NCBI RefSeq assembly: GCF_036365525.1
Contig: NC_090373.1
Span: 52,543,339-52,607,338, forward strand
DNA: 64,000 bases
Direction of reading: 5' to 3'
Source of the DNA: Heterodontus francisci
Taxonomy: Eukaryota
A program made the translations under genes and the position numbers. The notes beneath the pieces are model-generated. The model did no database searches and was not told the DNA's origin. It saw only the letters and a program-made list of their open reading frames with translations. Below are positions 1 to 12,952 of this stretch, in pieces (within the stretch, counting starts at the first letter, position 1; each line of letters begins with the position of its first letter).

Positions 1-398
1 GGGGGGATCTTATAGAAACATATAAAATCATGAAGGGAATAGATAAGATACAAGTGGAGAGTATGTTTCCACTGGCAGGTGAAGCTAGGACAAAAGGGCA
101 TAGCCTCAAGATTAGAGGGAGCAGATTTAGGACTGAATTAAGAAGGAACTTCTTCACCCAAAGTGTTGTTAATCTATGGAATTCCTTGCCCAGTGAAGTA
201 GTTGACGCTTCTTCAGTAAACGTTTTTAAAGCTAAGGTAGATATCTTTTTGAATAATAAAGGAATTAAGGGATACGGTGAGAACGCGGGTAAGTGAATCT
301 GAGTCCACGAAAAGATCAGCCATGATCTTATTGAATGGTGGAGCAGGCTTGAGGGGCTGGACGGCCTACTCCTGCTCCTACTTCTTATGATCTTATGA
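1..398 (+). mobile_element. CR1 LINE 3' end (ORF2 C-terminus + 3' UTR)
   Basis: ORF 30..296 TKGHSLKI...RRNFFTQSVVNLWNSLP is the CR1 ORF2 C-terminus; ends in cctactcctgctcct followed by a tcttatga microsatellite tail. Confidence 0.92.
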
Positions 399-1099
399 TT
401 TCTTAAATGGTGAGAGATTGGGAACTGTTGATGTCCAAATGCACCTGGGTGTTCATAAGTCACTGAAAGCTAACATGCAGGTGCAGCAAGCAATTAGGAA
501 GGCAAATAATATGTTGGCCTTTATTACAAGAGGATTTGTGTACAGGAATCAAGAAGTCTTGCTGCAATTATATAAGAGTCTTGGTGAGACCACACCTGGA
601 GTATTGAGTACATTTTTAGACTCCTTACCTAAGGAAGGATATACTTGCCATGGAGGGAGTGCAATGAACGTTCACCAGACTTATCCCTGGGAGGTGGGAT
701 TGTCTTATATTCTCTGGAGTTTCGAAGAATGAGAGGTGATCTCATTGAAGCATACAAAATTCTTACAGGGCTCGATAGGATAGATGCAGGAAGGATGTTT
801 CCCCTGGCTGGGGGGTCTAGAACAAGGGGAAAAAATCTCAGAATAAGAGGTAAGGCATTTATAACTGAGATAAGAATGAATTTCTTCACTCAGAGGGTAG
901 TGAATCTTTGTAATTCTCTATCCTAGAGGCTATGGAAGCTCAATCATTGAGTATGTTCAAGACAGAGATCACTAAAGGGATATGGGGATAGAGTGGGAAA
1001 ATGGCATTGAGGTAAAAGATCAGCCATGAATTAGTTGAATGGCAGAGCAGGCTCGAGGGGCCGAATGGCCTACTCCTGCCCCTATTTCCTATGTTCCTA
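399..1099 (+). mobile_element. CR1 LINE 3' fragment, frameshifted
   Basis: QVQQAIRKANNMLAFI...LLQLYK and LEFRRMRGDLIEAYKI...FFTQRVVNL; tail cctatttcctatgttcct. Confidence 0.9.
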
Positions 1100-1443
1100 C
1101 TCTGGGCTTTCTGTCCCTTAGCCAAATTCATTTGCAGCCTACCACTATCCTTTTACTACCATGGCTTTAATTTTGTTAGCAAGTCTATTACATGATCATT
1201 AATCAAATGCCCCCTGAAGGTCCATATACACATCAATCACACTACTCTCATCAACCCTCTCTGTTATTGCATGGTGGTAAGTCAAGTATGATTTGCCTTT
1301 AAAACAATCCACACTGACTTTCAATTTTTAGCACTGAGAATCTTCTTAGAATACTTTTCTAAGTACTGATTCAGTTTATCCCAGATTATTGTCTCAAAGT
1401 TTCTCCACCACTGCCATCAGGCTGACTGGGCTCTAGTTGCTGG

Positions 1444-2621
1444 TATGATGAACGCTTGACTTTATAGCATGATTTTTTTTAAAACAGTGATTTTTAATGC
1501 AGTTGAGAAGGAGTCAGAGAAGTCAGGTGACCTCACATCAATTCTGCTCAAAGACAAGACAGGATCTTGTTACCAAACAGCAAAGAACCTAGATCAAAGA
1601 CCTTTTTGAAAAGCAGAGACTGCAGGGGTATAACACCTGAAAATCAATGTGTTTCACCCTCCCAAACTTTCAGATTGAAACAAGAAGTCAATGGTTCTGG
1701 CTATGTAAATATGAATGGCAGTTGCTAACAGCTGGAAAGCCTGGGTGGCTGTGTTGTAGCCAGACTTGTGGACTTTGCACATTGGAAAAGACAATTGGCT
1801 TTTGACTTTTGATTCCAGATAAATTCAACAGATTTTCAGAAGGCAAGCAAGCTGTAAGGAAGACCAGAAAACGACCAGCAGTGGCAGCTTCAGAGAAGGC
1901 TGTAAGGAAGACCAGAAAATGACCAGCAGTGGCAGCTTCAGAGAAGGCTGTAAGGAAGACCAGAAAATGACCAGCAGTGGCAGCTTCAGAGAAGGCTGTA
2001 AGGAAGACCAGAAAACGACCAGCAGTGGCAGCTTCAGAGAAGGCTGTAAGGAAGACAGGAAAGAGACCAGCAGTGGCAGCTTCAGAGAAGGCTGTAAGGA
2101 AGACAGGAAAGAGACCAGCAGTAGCAATCTCAAGGAAGAGAGGGGGAACACTTGCTCTCAGAAGACTGAAAGGTTGTGAAGACGTGAACCCATTTTTAAA
2201 GTTGAGGTTAGCTGAGATTTAAAAAGACCAACAGGATCGCCAGAGATTGCCTTATTCACAGAAGTCCAGGGTGAAAATGCTCAGAAGTGAGCGAGAAGGA
2301 CACTGACTTTGAGAAAAATCTGGGAGATCCAACTCATTGAGAGGAGTTTGGGACTTCTAACTGCAAAGATTTTGCCATCAAGGAGGACTGTGTTATGTAA
2401 GTGTGGTGTGAGGTTTTCAAGTATTTAAATAAGTAAATACCTTTCTCTGTAATTTGGGGTATCAGCTACTTACAAGTACTAATTAATTAATGGGCATTTG
2501 TTTTAGTTTGGATGTTATAAGAAGTCTTAAAACTTAAAATCTTGTCGTGTAATTCATTAAATTGGTCTGGGGAGCTCATAACTTGAGTTTTAACGTTCAC
2601 GGTCTCACTGAAGTCATAACA
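1444..2621. mobile_element. Solo LTR (Gypsy-like) inserted in CR1
   Basis: Termini tatgatg...cataaca resemble the TGTTATG/CATAACA inverted ends of an LTR; flanked by ctgg/ctag (4-bp TSD, one mismatch); the CR1 sequence resumes exactly after it. Confidence 0.7.
1851..2123. repeat. 48-bp tandem repeat, about 5.7 copies, inside the solo LTR
   Basis: Unit gctgtaaggaagaccagaaaacgaccagcagtggcagcttcagagaag repeated head-to-tail with few substitutions and no spacers. Confidence 0.95.
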
Positions 2622-2816
2622 CTAGGTTTATCCCTCTCCACCTTTTTAACTGGGGGTTTAGCATTTACAATCCACCAGTCCTCTGGAACTACCCCCATAT
2701 CTAAGGAGGATTAAAAGACTGGGGCAAAAACCTCCATAATTTCCACCCTTAATTCCCTCAGTAACCTAAGACGCATCCCATCAGGACGAGGTAACCTTTT
2801 TATTTTGAGGACTGCC

Positions 2817-3884
2817 TGTGAAGGAATCTGACCATAATGAAGGGTTATAAGGTTAAAAGAATTATTTTCTTATGAATGAGGGATTGCAAACTTTTTAAAA
2901 AGGGTTCATTTTCCTAAAAGGTTAAAAGAAAGTTCATTTTTATAATACTAAAAGCCTCGGTGAAAAACACAGCTAGATGAGTAATGAAAATTGGCCATCA
3001 TAAGACTCACAGCTTGGCCTTCCTTAGAAATCACAGAGGAACAGACTTTACCGAGAAATTATTATACAACCTTTCTTAGGAATCAAAGAGGGTGGATCTT
3101 AACTAAAATTAAGAGTTATCCAGCCTTATTTGGGAAACAAAGGGGGACGAATTTACTTGCAGAAGAAGTAACAGCCCCAAACATAAGAAATTAGTTATGC
3201 AACTTGAAAACAGTATAAATATTGGAAACATACATTGGATACACTCCAACATCTCTCACAGTAAAGGTACTACTATTGGAGTGAGGCAATGATAGTTCTC
3301 CCCTTAATAGGGACAGAAGTAGCTCGCTAACTCTATAGTCTTCTACTCGGGGATTTAAAGTAAATGTTACTTTAATAATTAATCGATATCCTACTTAAAT
3401 ATTTTACTGTAACAACATTTAAATTTAAAAATTGGAGTTTCTACTAGAAGCAAGATTGTACATTCTATCTTTCCCAAAACTATTAGTGTTGCAATTGGCT
3501 GTCTCACCAACTGTGAATTCCATGTTCGTTCTTCAATAAACTTTTATATAATTTAGAAATGATATTGTCGCACAAAGTCTGCTGTGTTGCTAACTCGTGA
3601 ACCCGTCTCCGTACACTCTTTGGTGTGGAGGGACATTTCTGAGGAGAGATTCTAGACCCTTGTAATATCTTGATTATTACAATCCAGACGAAGCTTGCTA
3701 AATCTGAAGGGCAGTAATATTCTCAGCTGGTTCCTTTCCTTTAGGGAGAGTTACATCAGTCCTTCAGACCCATTCAAGTATCTTTAGGATATGTCTTCCT
3801 CAACCTGAAATGAGAGTGATCATCTCAGAAGTATGCCTGATCCAGGATAGCCCCCAAAAGGTGCTCGGATTATAATCCACTACA
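2817..3884 (+). mobile_element. Solo LTR with perfect 4-bp TSD
   Basis: Starts TGTGAAGG and ends CCACTACA; TSD tgcc at 2813-2816 and 3885-3888; TATAAAT at ~3214 and AATAAA at ~3535; the CR1 host resumes after it. Confidence 0.8.
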
Positions 3885-4619
3885 TGCCAAACTTGAGGAC
3901 TGCCAACCTTGTAAGTGCCTCCTCTTGATTTTTATCCTATCCAATTTTGCTGATGCTGCCTTCCTCATTGCAACAAAGGCAGCATCCTCTTCTCTCATTA
4001 AGAGAAAGTACTCATCTAGTAGCTCAGCCGCGCCCTCTGCCTCTATAAGATTCATCCCCTTTTTGGTCCTTAATCAACCGCAAGCTTCCCATGAGTACTA
4101 TTTTTTTTTAAACTATTTGAGTTTATAAATGACTTTGGGTTCCCTTATATTAGGCACTAATCTATTCTTGCATTTTTTTTTAGATCTTCTCTGTACTTTC
4201 TATATCCAGTTTGGCTTTGTCTCACTTTAACCTCTATATTATTAGTCATCCAGGGAGCTTTACATTTGGATGCCCTTCCTTTCCCCCCACCCCCCTCACA
4301 GAAATGTGTCTACTCTAACTGAACTATCTCTACTTTGAAGGCCTCCCATTGTTGAATTACTGTTGTACCTGCCAAACTTTGATTCCAATCCACCTGGGCC
4401 AGATCCCTTTTCAGCTCACTGAAGTTATCCCTCCTCCAGTTAAGTATTTTATGGTTGATTGTACCAAGGCTTTCCTTTTCCATGACTATTTTAAACCTGA
4501 TATTATATTCACTATTCCGCAAATGGTCCCCCACTGAAACACTCTTCACTTCATGCCCCAAATACATACTGATCAAGAAAGTTCCCTTATGCACATTTCA
4601 GGAATTCCGCCCCTCTTAA

Positions 4620-7290
4620 AAATGTTGAGGAGTGGGCACTTAATATAAAAGGATGTAAAGTGTTCAGAAAAGATAGAAAAGGGAAAAAGGGAGGTGGGAT
4701 GGCAGTATTGATTAGGGAAGACATTGTCATGTTGCAAAGAGAGGATGTCCTTGAGGGGGCAAAGACCATTTGGTTAGAGTTCAGAAGCAAAAAGGGTATA
4801 ATTATGCTACTAGGGGCATTCTATAGGCCTCCAAATAGTGAGAGATAGAGGAACAAATCTGCAGGCACATCACCGAGATGTGCAAGAACCTTTGAATGGT
4901 GATTTTGGGGGACTTTAATTACCCAAATATTGACTGGGATGATGTTAGAAAAAAGGGAGGAATTTATTTAATATGTTCAGAATAATTTCCTTGATCAGTA
5001 TATTCTCGGCCCAACTAAAAAGGAGGCATTGCCGGATCTGATGCTGGGAACTGAAGTGGGCCAAGTGAACCAAGTGCCTGTGGGGGCGCATTTGGTTAAG
5101 AGTGATCATCGTATCATATTGTTTGGATTCATATTGCAGAAAAGCAAGGAACAATATTGGTAGAACAGCTAGATTAGAACAGGGCTAATTTCAATGTGAT
5201 GAGTAAGAATCTGGCCAGTAAAAAATGGAACCAAAGTCTGACAAGAAAAACTGTAATGGAGCAATGGGTTATCTTTAAGGAAGAGATGCTTCAGGTACAG
5301 GCTAGGTACATTCCAACAAGGGCAAAAGGTAAGGGAACCAAAAACAGGCCTCCTTGGATGACAAGGGAGATAGAGATTATGATTCATGTCAGGTGAATTC
5401 ACGTGAGAACCGGGCCAAATACAATAGGTTGAGAGGCAAGGTGAAGAGGAAAATAAGACAGACAAAGAGAGAATATGAGAATACAATGGCAGTCAACATA
5501 AAAGGGAACCCAAAAATCTTCAACCAGCATGTAAATTGTAAACAGGTAGTAAAAGGTGGAGTGGGCCAATAGGGATAAAGAGGGTAATATATGCTTAAAG
5601 GCACAGTGAAAGGCTACAATACTTAATGAGTACTTTGTATCAGCATGTACTAAGGAAGAGGAATGTGACAAAATAATAGTAGAAGCAGAGACAGTAGAGG
5701 AAATCGATAGGGTAAAAATTGAGAAGGAAGAGGTACTGGAAAGGCTGGCTATGCTTAGAGTGGATAGTCAACTGGTCTGAATGGCTTGCATCCCAGGTTG
5801 CTAAAGGAAGTGGGGATGGAGATAGCGGAAAGGCGTGTCATAATCTTCCAATCTTCCCTAGATAAGGGGGAGGTGCCAGAGGATTGGAGGGTGGAAAATG
5901 TGACATCCTTATTCAAGAAAGGGTGCAAGGACAGTCCTAGCAACTACAGGTCAGTTAGTTTGACATCAGTGGTGGGTCAGGTTTTCGAAACAATAATCAT
6001 GGGAAAAAAATCAACAGGCACTTGGAAAGGTTAGAGTTAATTATGGATAGCCAGCAGGGATTTGTAAAAGGCAGATCATGCTTGACTAAGCTAATTTAAT
6101 TTTTTGATGAAGTAACAGAGAAGGTTGATGAAGGGAATGTGGTGGTTGTTGTCTATATGGATTTTAAGAAAGTAGAGATAAAATACCACATAAAAGGCTG
6201 GTTAACAAAATTGAGGCTCATGGAATAGGAGGGTCAGTGTCAATTGGATAAAAAAACTGGTTTAAGGACAGTAAACACTGAGTTGTGGTAAATGGTTGTT
6301 TTTCAGGATGGAAGACAGTTCCCCAAGGTTCGATGCTAGGACCACAGCTTTCTTTGCTAGATATAAATGACTTGGATCTTGGAAAATAGTAGAATTTCAA
6401 AATTTGCCGATGATAGCAAACTTGGAGTAGTGGCAAACAGTAAGGATATGAATCGCCTGCAACAGGACAAGATAGGCTAGCAGAATGGGCAGACAAATGG
6501 CAGATGGAATTTAATACAGACAAGTGTGAGGTGATGCATTTTAGCAAAAGAGATAGGGTGAGGAAATGTAGACTTAATGGCACGGTTCTAAAGAGTGTGC
6601 AGGAACAAAGAGACCTGGGGGTGTACGTGCATCGAATTTTGAACATGGCAGGATATATTGAGAAAGTGTTAGTAAAGCATATGGGATCTTGGGCTTCATA
6701 AATAGAGGCAGGATAAAAAAGCAGTGAAGTTATGCTGAACTTTTATAAAGCTCTGGTTAGGTCCCAAATGGAGTATTGCCGCCAGCTCTGGTCACCATTC
6801 TTTAGGAAGGATGTGAGGGATCTTGGGAGGGTGCAGAGGAGATTTACCAGAATGGTTCCAGGGATGAGGGATTTTAGTTACAAGGTTAGGTTGGAAAAGC
6901 TGGGGTTGTTCTCCCTGGAGCAAAGGAGATTGAGTGGAGATATGATAGAGATGTACAAGATTATGACAGGCTTAGATAAGTTAGACAAGGGAAAGCTGTT
7001 CCCATTAGTTGATGGTACAAGGACTCGGGGACACAGATTGAAGGTTTTGGGCAAGAGTTGCAGGGGGGGATGTGAGAAAGAACTTTTTTTTACGCAACAT
7101 GTGGTAATGACCTGGAACTCACTGCTCACGAGGGTGGTGGAAGCGAAGGAAATTGGACGGGCACTTGGAGGAAATAAACTTGCAGGGCTACAAGGATCAA
7201 GCAGGCGAATGGGACTGACTGAATTGCTCCGCAGGGAGCCAGCATGGATTCAATGAGCCAAATGGCCCGCTTCTGTGCCGTAAATAACTA
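4620..7290 (+). mobile_element. CR1 LINE, 5'-truncated, near-complete degenerate ORF2 (EN + RT)
   Basis: FRKDRKGKKGGGMAVLI...FYRPP; HPRLLKE...VPEDWRVENVTSLFKKG...NYRSVSLTSVV; KFADD-like at ~6400; EYCRQLWSP...QRRFTRMVPG; 3' tail at ~7260-7290. Confidence 0.93.
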
Positions 7291-7554
7291 TCTCTTTGCC
7301 CTTTACAATGTTACAATTCCAGTCTATTTTATGATTGAAGTCCCCCATTATTATTGCACTATAGATCTTGCACCTTTCTGTAATTTGCTCCTCTATCTCC
7401 TTCTCACTATTTGGTAGCCTATAAGACATACCCAGTTGCATAATAGCTCCTCTATTATTCTTTAATTGTAACCAAATAGTTTCCAACTCTGACCTCAACT
7501 ACATCATCTCACCATTGCGATACTAGTTTCTTTGGTTGCTTCTATAATAATTGA

Positions 7555-8940
7555 AGGCGCCACCACTGTAGGTGGAGCAGGGAGAAAGTTCAAGCACAGC
7601 AGTTCAGACACAAAAGAGCACAGAGTAAAAGCAAGATCATAGGGCGAGAAGTGACTGCAGAAGTAGCGTGGTTTGACACCATGAAGGAAATTGTAGATGA
7701 GGGCAAGTGTGAAATCACTGCACTGGGGGATGATGAGTAGTGCTGGTCAGGGAGCACTCAGGCGACAGGTACCTTCGGCTTTCTACAGCATGGGGTCCAG
7801 ACAGCAGAGTTCTGGATAAGTTGGAGTTTATATCGGGAAGTGCTGAAGAAGTTACTGAAAAGGTCAAAGGAAAAGTCAAGTCTGGAGGTCACCAACCCAT
7901 TTCATCAGCAATAAGAGGGGGGAAGTTAAGGATGGAAGTGGGAGCTGTTTCAGCAATAGGAATAGACAACCTTAATATTGAACTGAAAGTGGGGTTTCAA
8001 GTTCACCTGACACCAAAGCTGCACATTCTCAGGTTCAGCCTAGACAAGCAGCTGGGCAGGTGGACTGAAATTATGGATGGGTATGTAGTTTCTAGTTGGA
8101 AAAGAATGGTTTTGGTCTTGCCGATGGCTTGCTGGAGGAAAGTCGAGCTTACCTTTGACTCGGGACAGAATTTTACCAGCCCCTGGGTTGCAGGAACGGA
8201 GATAGAAGGGGCTGGTAAAATAGCAGGGTGCTGCCAAGGGAGGACTCCCCGACGCAATCCCGCAACCGGGCAAGTTTCACAGCAGTGGGCTGCGAGGCGG
8301 ATCAGCTGCCACTTCATGGCAGCAGGCAGCCAATTTGCATATTAAAGGCACCAATTAAGTGGCTATTAAGTGGGGCCATTGGCATTTTGCCAACAATGGA
8401 GAGCACCTCCCACCACCCCACCGCTGCATGGGGAAGCCACCAGATTGATGGAGGGGGGGCCCCATCAGGGCTGGAAACTCCACAGCCCATAGAGGGGGCC
8501 ATGGGCAGGGAAGACAGCCCCCACAGTCTCAACAATTCCCTGGAGCGATTTCCCCTCTGACCCTCGGCCCCCTGAATCTTTTTTTTAAAAACTTACCTGA
8601 AGGCACCCCGAAGTCTCCAACCTGCCTCAGCAGCGCCCACCTCTCCTGGTGGCACTGCTGAGGCTTCAGAACTGGTGGCCCTCTGATTGGGCCGACAGCA
8701 TGGATAGCCCACCTGCTATCCTTAATTGGACAGTGGGTCCGCAGATGGTCAATTACGAGGCTGCCTGCGGTAAAATCGTGGAGCGGGTCACGCTGTCAGC
8801 AAGTGCACTTTTCGCCCCGACATCAGGGTCCCGACGCCTGTGGTAAAATTCAACTCTTGATGTTAGACACACAGTCTGACGGTATATCTACAGTAATGGG
8901 GGGGGGGGGGGCGAATTGGGGAAATTGGGTTCAGTAACAA
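7555..8940 (-). mobile_element. Ancient L2 LINE fragment, interrupted by a MITE
   Basis: Minus-strand FLQQAIGKTKTILF...LPSCLSRLNLRMCSFGV resembles the L2 motif NFLQLNIGKTE...RLNQTVRNLGV; continues after 8857 (gatgttagacacacagtctgac). Confidence 0.65.
8162..8856. mobile_element. Non-autonomous DNA transposon (Harbinger-type MITE)
   Basis: Imperfect TIRs gggacagaattttacca / tggtaaaattcaactc; GC-rich interior; interrupts the L2. Confidence 0.7.
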
Positions 8941-8944
8941 CACT

Positions 8945-10328
8945 TTCCATGGCAGGCAGTTAAGATTGCATGACAGCAGTCTGAGCATACATTGCAGCAC
9001 TCAGACGTTGGCGGATGCTGCTTGCGCTGTAATGGAAGCTGAGACATCAGCTGTCAGGCACTGCATCACAGTTGGCTCCACAGGTGTGTTGCTGGAGGTG
9101 ATCACCCATTCCATACTGGAAAGGATGGTACCAAGCTTTGCACAAAGTCCTGTGCCAAGTTGGTGTCAAACTCCTCCATGCTCCTTGACATTGAATGCAG
9201 GCATTCTGGCAGGCTAGCCAGTGCACATCTATTTGGGTGTGTTCACCCATCAGCCTTCTTCTGTAGCCTGGCCCATCGAAGTCATCAACTGAATCCTCTC
9301 CAACAGAACTAGTATGTGACCTCGCCCCCCAGCAAGCTGGCACCTGTGCTATCCTTTCCCCCTGCCTTGGTTGTTGCACACTTGTGCCCAGTGTTTCACC
9401 AAATATAGATCCCACCTTCATGCGATCTTCTAACTCAGCAATAGGCCTTCTCAATGGCCAGCACCGTATCCTTTGTGGGGGTTAGAACACACAGGCACAC
9501 CTCTTCCCACTCTGGTTAGTTCCTGTTGCCTCCAATTCTGCACCACCTTCTCCCACAAGAGAGGGTAAGTGTATCAGTGAGTGTTGTGCAAGATGCTTGA
9601 GCAATGTGGCTCTCATGGTTGAATAGCTGGCAGAGGTGTGTGTTTGAAGCTTCCAACAGTGCTAAGTGTGAGAGGGTGGCACTATGAATGTTAGGTATGA
9701 GTACTGATTGGTAGAGATTGTAGGTTGGTGAGTGATAGGCTTGTGGTGCATTAAGCAGTGTCTGAGGCTAGTGGTGCAGTTGGTAGGATATGGCATTTGA
9801 AGATATAGTCACTGACCAGGACCACTCATGTGAGACCATTAAACTCCTTCTGTACTATATCCAGGTCCTTGGGGATTTATTCCTGGCACTGACCTCCGCA
9901 GTTATCTATCCCACTGCATTCTAATCATGTGTCTGGAGGCCACATGTACCCCTGCGGATACTGGGCATCTCTCCTCTTTTCCACCTCCTCCGCCAAGGCC
10001 TCTAGTATAGTGTCTGAAAACCCGGGTGCCCAATCTCTCCCACGGTCAGCCATTTTTCACTTGTGAAATAATTACCAGCATCCGTTCCAGCCACAGTGCC
10101 CCTAAACCTTTGAGAGGTGCTGGCTAGCACGAAGTATAGCAGGTTAGTAACGTTATTACTAACACCACACTGCTGATGTGTGCAGCCAATGACCAGTGTA
10201 GGGAACACTGGTTTCATGCAGAAATCATTATAATGAGCAGGCAGCGCTGCATTCCAGTCAACGGGTGCAAGTTAATAAGCATATCGCGATCTCATGCCCA
10301 TTTTCAGGAGCTACCTAAGTTAACTCCC
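8945..10328 (-). pseudogene. PIF/Harbinger Myb/SANT-like DNA-binding gene remnant plus element terminus
   Basis: From ATG at 10053 it reads MADRGRDWAPGFSDTILEALAEEVEKRRD (xRAPRFSxxxLEALVxEV motif); FNGLT then a GT donor at ~9819; downstream YRRRLMGEHTQI matches the copy at ~59880; terminus 10240-10328 resembles 58175-58270 reversed. Confidence 0.8.
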
Positions 10329-10899
10329 TGAAGTGGAAGATGAAGTTGGAGAAGTAAAACTAAGCATTTTCTGCATATATGGGAGACAGTCCTATGTTTC
10401 TGGTGCATTAACCAGCAGCAGTACATAGATAAAAAGATATTTAACACAAAAAGATAATTACAAAATTGGTGGGCAAGAGGACAAAACTAACAAGCAACAA
10501 AAAAGGCGAAAGTTCAGAGGGATTTTATTTCTTCCATAGAGTAATAGATATCTGGAATAAAATTACACCAAAAGCAGTTAATTCTGTTAATTAACTCAAA
10601 AATACAGCTGGATAGATATCGGTTAAGAATCAATTGAATACTCCAAACATAAGTACATCTCTACAGGTGATACAACATGATGATTTTTGTATTGTTATAA
10701 TGTCATCTATGGAAATAGAATGGGTCCAAATTGCACAATTGTCATATTAGGTTTATGTTCTGGAATTTCACTATGTTATCATCAGTAGTCAATGAGAAAT
10801 TCCACTGAGTTTTACTTCTTTGACATTTTACCTGTGGTTATTTACTTTGTTTATGGGGTTAAACAAGCTTGCATTAATTCCTTTGCTGTGTAAACACCA

Positions 10900-11170
10900 A
10901 TCATGACTGTACCAGTGCTGCTGGGTCTGTCTGGTTGACATCAAATCACAAATAAACCAGAATTTCACCCAGCTAAACACTCCAATACTAAAACCATTCT
11001 GTTCGCTTCTCACCAAAACCTCAAGCCATCCACCTCTCCCGCTACTCATCCAGTAAAGATCTAGCAGTGCACAACTTCAATGTCTTCAGGTAAGCTTGAA
11101 TTCCACTTCTAGTTCATTGAGGTTGCCTATTTCCACTCTAAAACATTGCCTATCTCCATCTCACCTGTAT
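10900..11170 (+). mobile_element. Very old L2 RT fragment
   Basis: CLVDIKSQINQNFTQLN...TKTILFAS and AYFH...NIAYL resemble L2 LSDIKSWMSQNFLQLN and AYFHLRNIA. Confidence 0.6.
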
Positions 11171-11894
11171 TATTGCTGGAAATTTGAGCTAAATGGACTG
11201 AAAGCTTTTTCTTCTTCCATGCCCAATGTTTTGTTATTACTCATGTTATCAATGTGCATATGTAAAGCTATCCTTTTACAAATGACCCAAGACAAAACTG
11301 TGATATCTGTAGTGAAAGAGCTGATCAATTGAGAAAGCACGACAAATTCTGAGAAATATATCAGTGTCATCATATTGGCTAAGTCTGTTAATGCCTTATG
11401 AAAAGTAGTACTAGGAAAATGTGTTGGGCGTCTTTTTCAAGGAATATAAATTCAAATTCTCTAAGGAAGAACTTAATTTGCTGTAGTGGAGCTCCCTCAA
11501 TCGTGCTGTAGAATTGAAAGTGTATATCACACATAGTATATATAGTAGATGGAGGAATTGATTCTATATTATAAAGGTGCACACACTAAACATGCAGTAA
11601 AATCTATGCGCTATACAATGATCCTGATATCTCACTACTAAAAGTAAGAAAGTTGGAGCATTACAGAGGATTTCCCTGACTGGAATAGCCAAGACTGGTG
11701 TGAGACCACTGTAGTGTTGAAAAGATTTCCACGTCTCATTCACACATGACAGTGACATTCTAAAAATGAACAGTTTTTCCAAGTTAGTTGTCATGATTTG
11801 GAAAAAGAGAAAAGCAAAATAACCCATCTGCACAGATATCTTAATGATAAGAGAAATATGGAAATATAACATTATAGAGCAGTGTTTTAGCTCC

Positions 11895-12952
11895 TGTCAG
11901 AATTCCTGCTTATTAGATCAGATGGCAGGTTGTTCAACCTTGCCAGTCTTACAGCGAAGACCAAAGTACGGAAGGTCCTCATCAGGGAACTCCTCATTGC
12001 TGACGATGCTGCATTAACATCCCACACAGAAGAGTGTCTGCAGAGACTCATCGATAGGATTGCGGCTGCCTGCAACAAATTTGGCCTAACCATTAGCCTC
12101 AAGAAATACTCCATCCATCAATATCGGTGACCATGCTCTGGAAGTGGTTCAAAAGTTCAACTATCACCAGTAACCTCTCTCTTGAAGCAGAAATCAACAA
12201 GCGCATGGGAAAGGCGTCCGCTGCTATGTCCAGACTAGCCAAGAGGATGTGGGAAAATGGTGCACTAACACGAAACACAAAAGTCCGAGTGTATCAAGCC
12301 TGTGTCTTCAGTACCTTGCTCTACGGCAGCGAGGCCTGGACAACGTATGTCAGCCAAGAGCAACGTATCAACTCATTCCATCTTCACTGCCTCCGGAGAA
12401 TCCTTGGCATCAGGTGGCAGGACCGTATCTCCAACACAGATGTCTCCGAGGCGGCCAGCATCCCCAGCTTATATAACCCTACTGAGCCAGCGGCACTTGA
12501 GATGGCTTGGCCATGGGAGCCGCACGGAAGATGGCAGGATCCCCAAGGACGCACTGTACAGCGAGCTCATCACTGGTATCAGACACACCGGCCGTCCATG
12601 TCTCAGCTTTAAAGAAGTCTACAAACGTGTCATGACGTCCTGTGACATTGACCACAAGTGATGGGAGTCAGTCGCCAGTGATCACCAGAGCTCGCGGACA
12701 GCCATAAAGGCTGGGCTAAAGAGTGGCAAGTCGAAGAGACTTGGCAGTTGGCTGGAAAAAAGACAGAAGTGCAAGGAGAGAGCCAACTGTGTAACACCCC
12801 CGACAACCAATTTTATCTGCAGCGCCTGTGGAAGAGTCTGTCACTCTAGAATTGGCCTTTATAGCCACTCCAGGCACTGCTTCACAAACAACTGACCATC
12901 TCTAGGGGCTTACCCATTGTCTCTCGAGACAAGAAGGCCAAAGAAAAAAAGA
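11895..12952 (+). mobile_element. RTE-clade LINE 3' part
   Basis: FNLASLTAKTKVRKVLIRELLIADDAAL; EINKRMGKAS; TLLYGSEAWT; C-terminal CSACGRVCHSRIGLYSHSRHC zinc finger; A/GAA tail. Confidence 0.92.

Larger units (their letters stand above)
1120..7545 (-). mobile_element. Old CR1 ORF2 (EN to RT) on the minus strand, split by three later insertions into pieces at about 1120-1443, 2622-2816, 3885-4617 and 7290-7545
   Basis: Minus-strand peptides join across the inserts: IIMGDFNHKIDWNCNIVKGKE (ORF 7250..7498) continues into RGAEFLKCA (~4590), then VSVGDHLRNSEYNIRFKI...DLAQVDW (ORF 4310..4594) and AELLDEYF (ORF 3870..4055). Confidence 0.8.

Noticed and set aside
1851-2123. CRISPR-like array or repeat-protein gene
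   Set aside because: Units are contiguous with no unique spacers, there are no cas genes, and the array lies inside an LTR; the ORFs are a by-product of the 48-bp period.
7740-8345. 201-aa ORF as a novel gene
   Set aside because: It is antisense to an L2 remnant and runs into a MITE, so it is a chance chimera.
8897-8911. Poly-G run as a regulatory G-quadruplex
   Set aside because: A single homopolymer within an L2 remnant, with no supporting context.
10828-11095. Apparent exon (CAG|GTAAGC donor on +, CAG|GTAAA on -)
   Set aside because: The region translates as decayed L2 RT, and the plus-strand frames contain stops.
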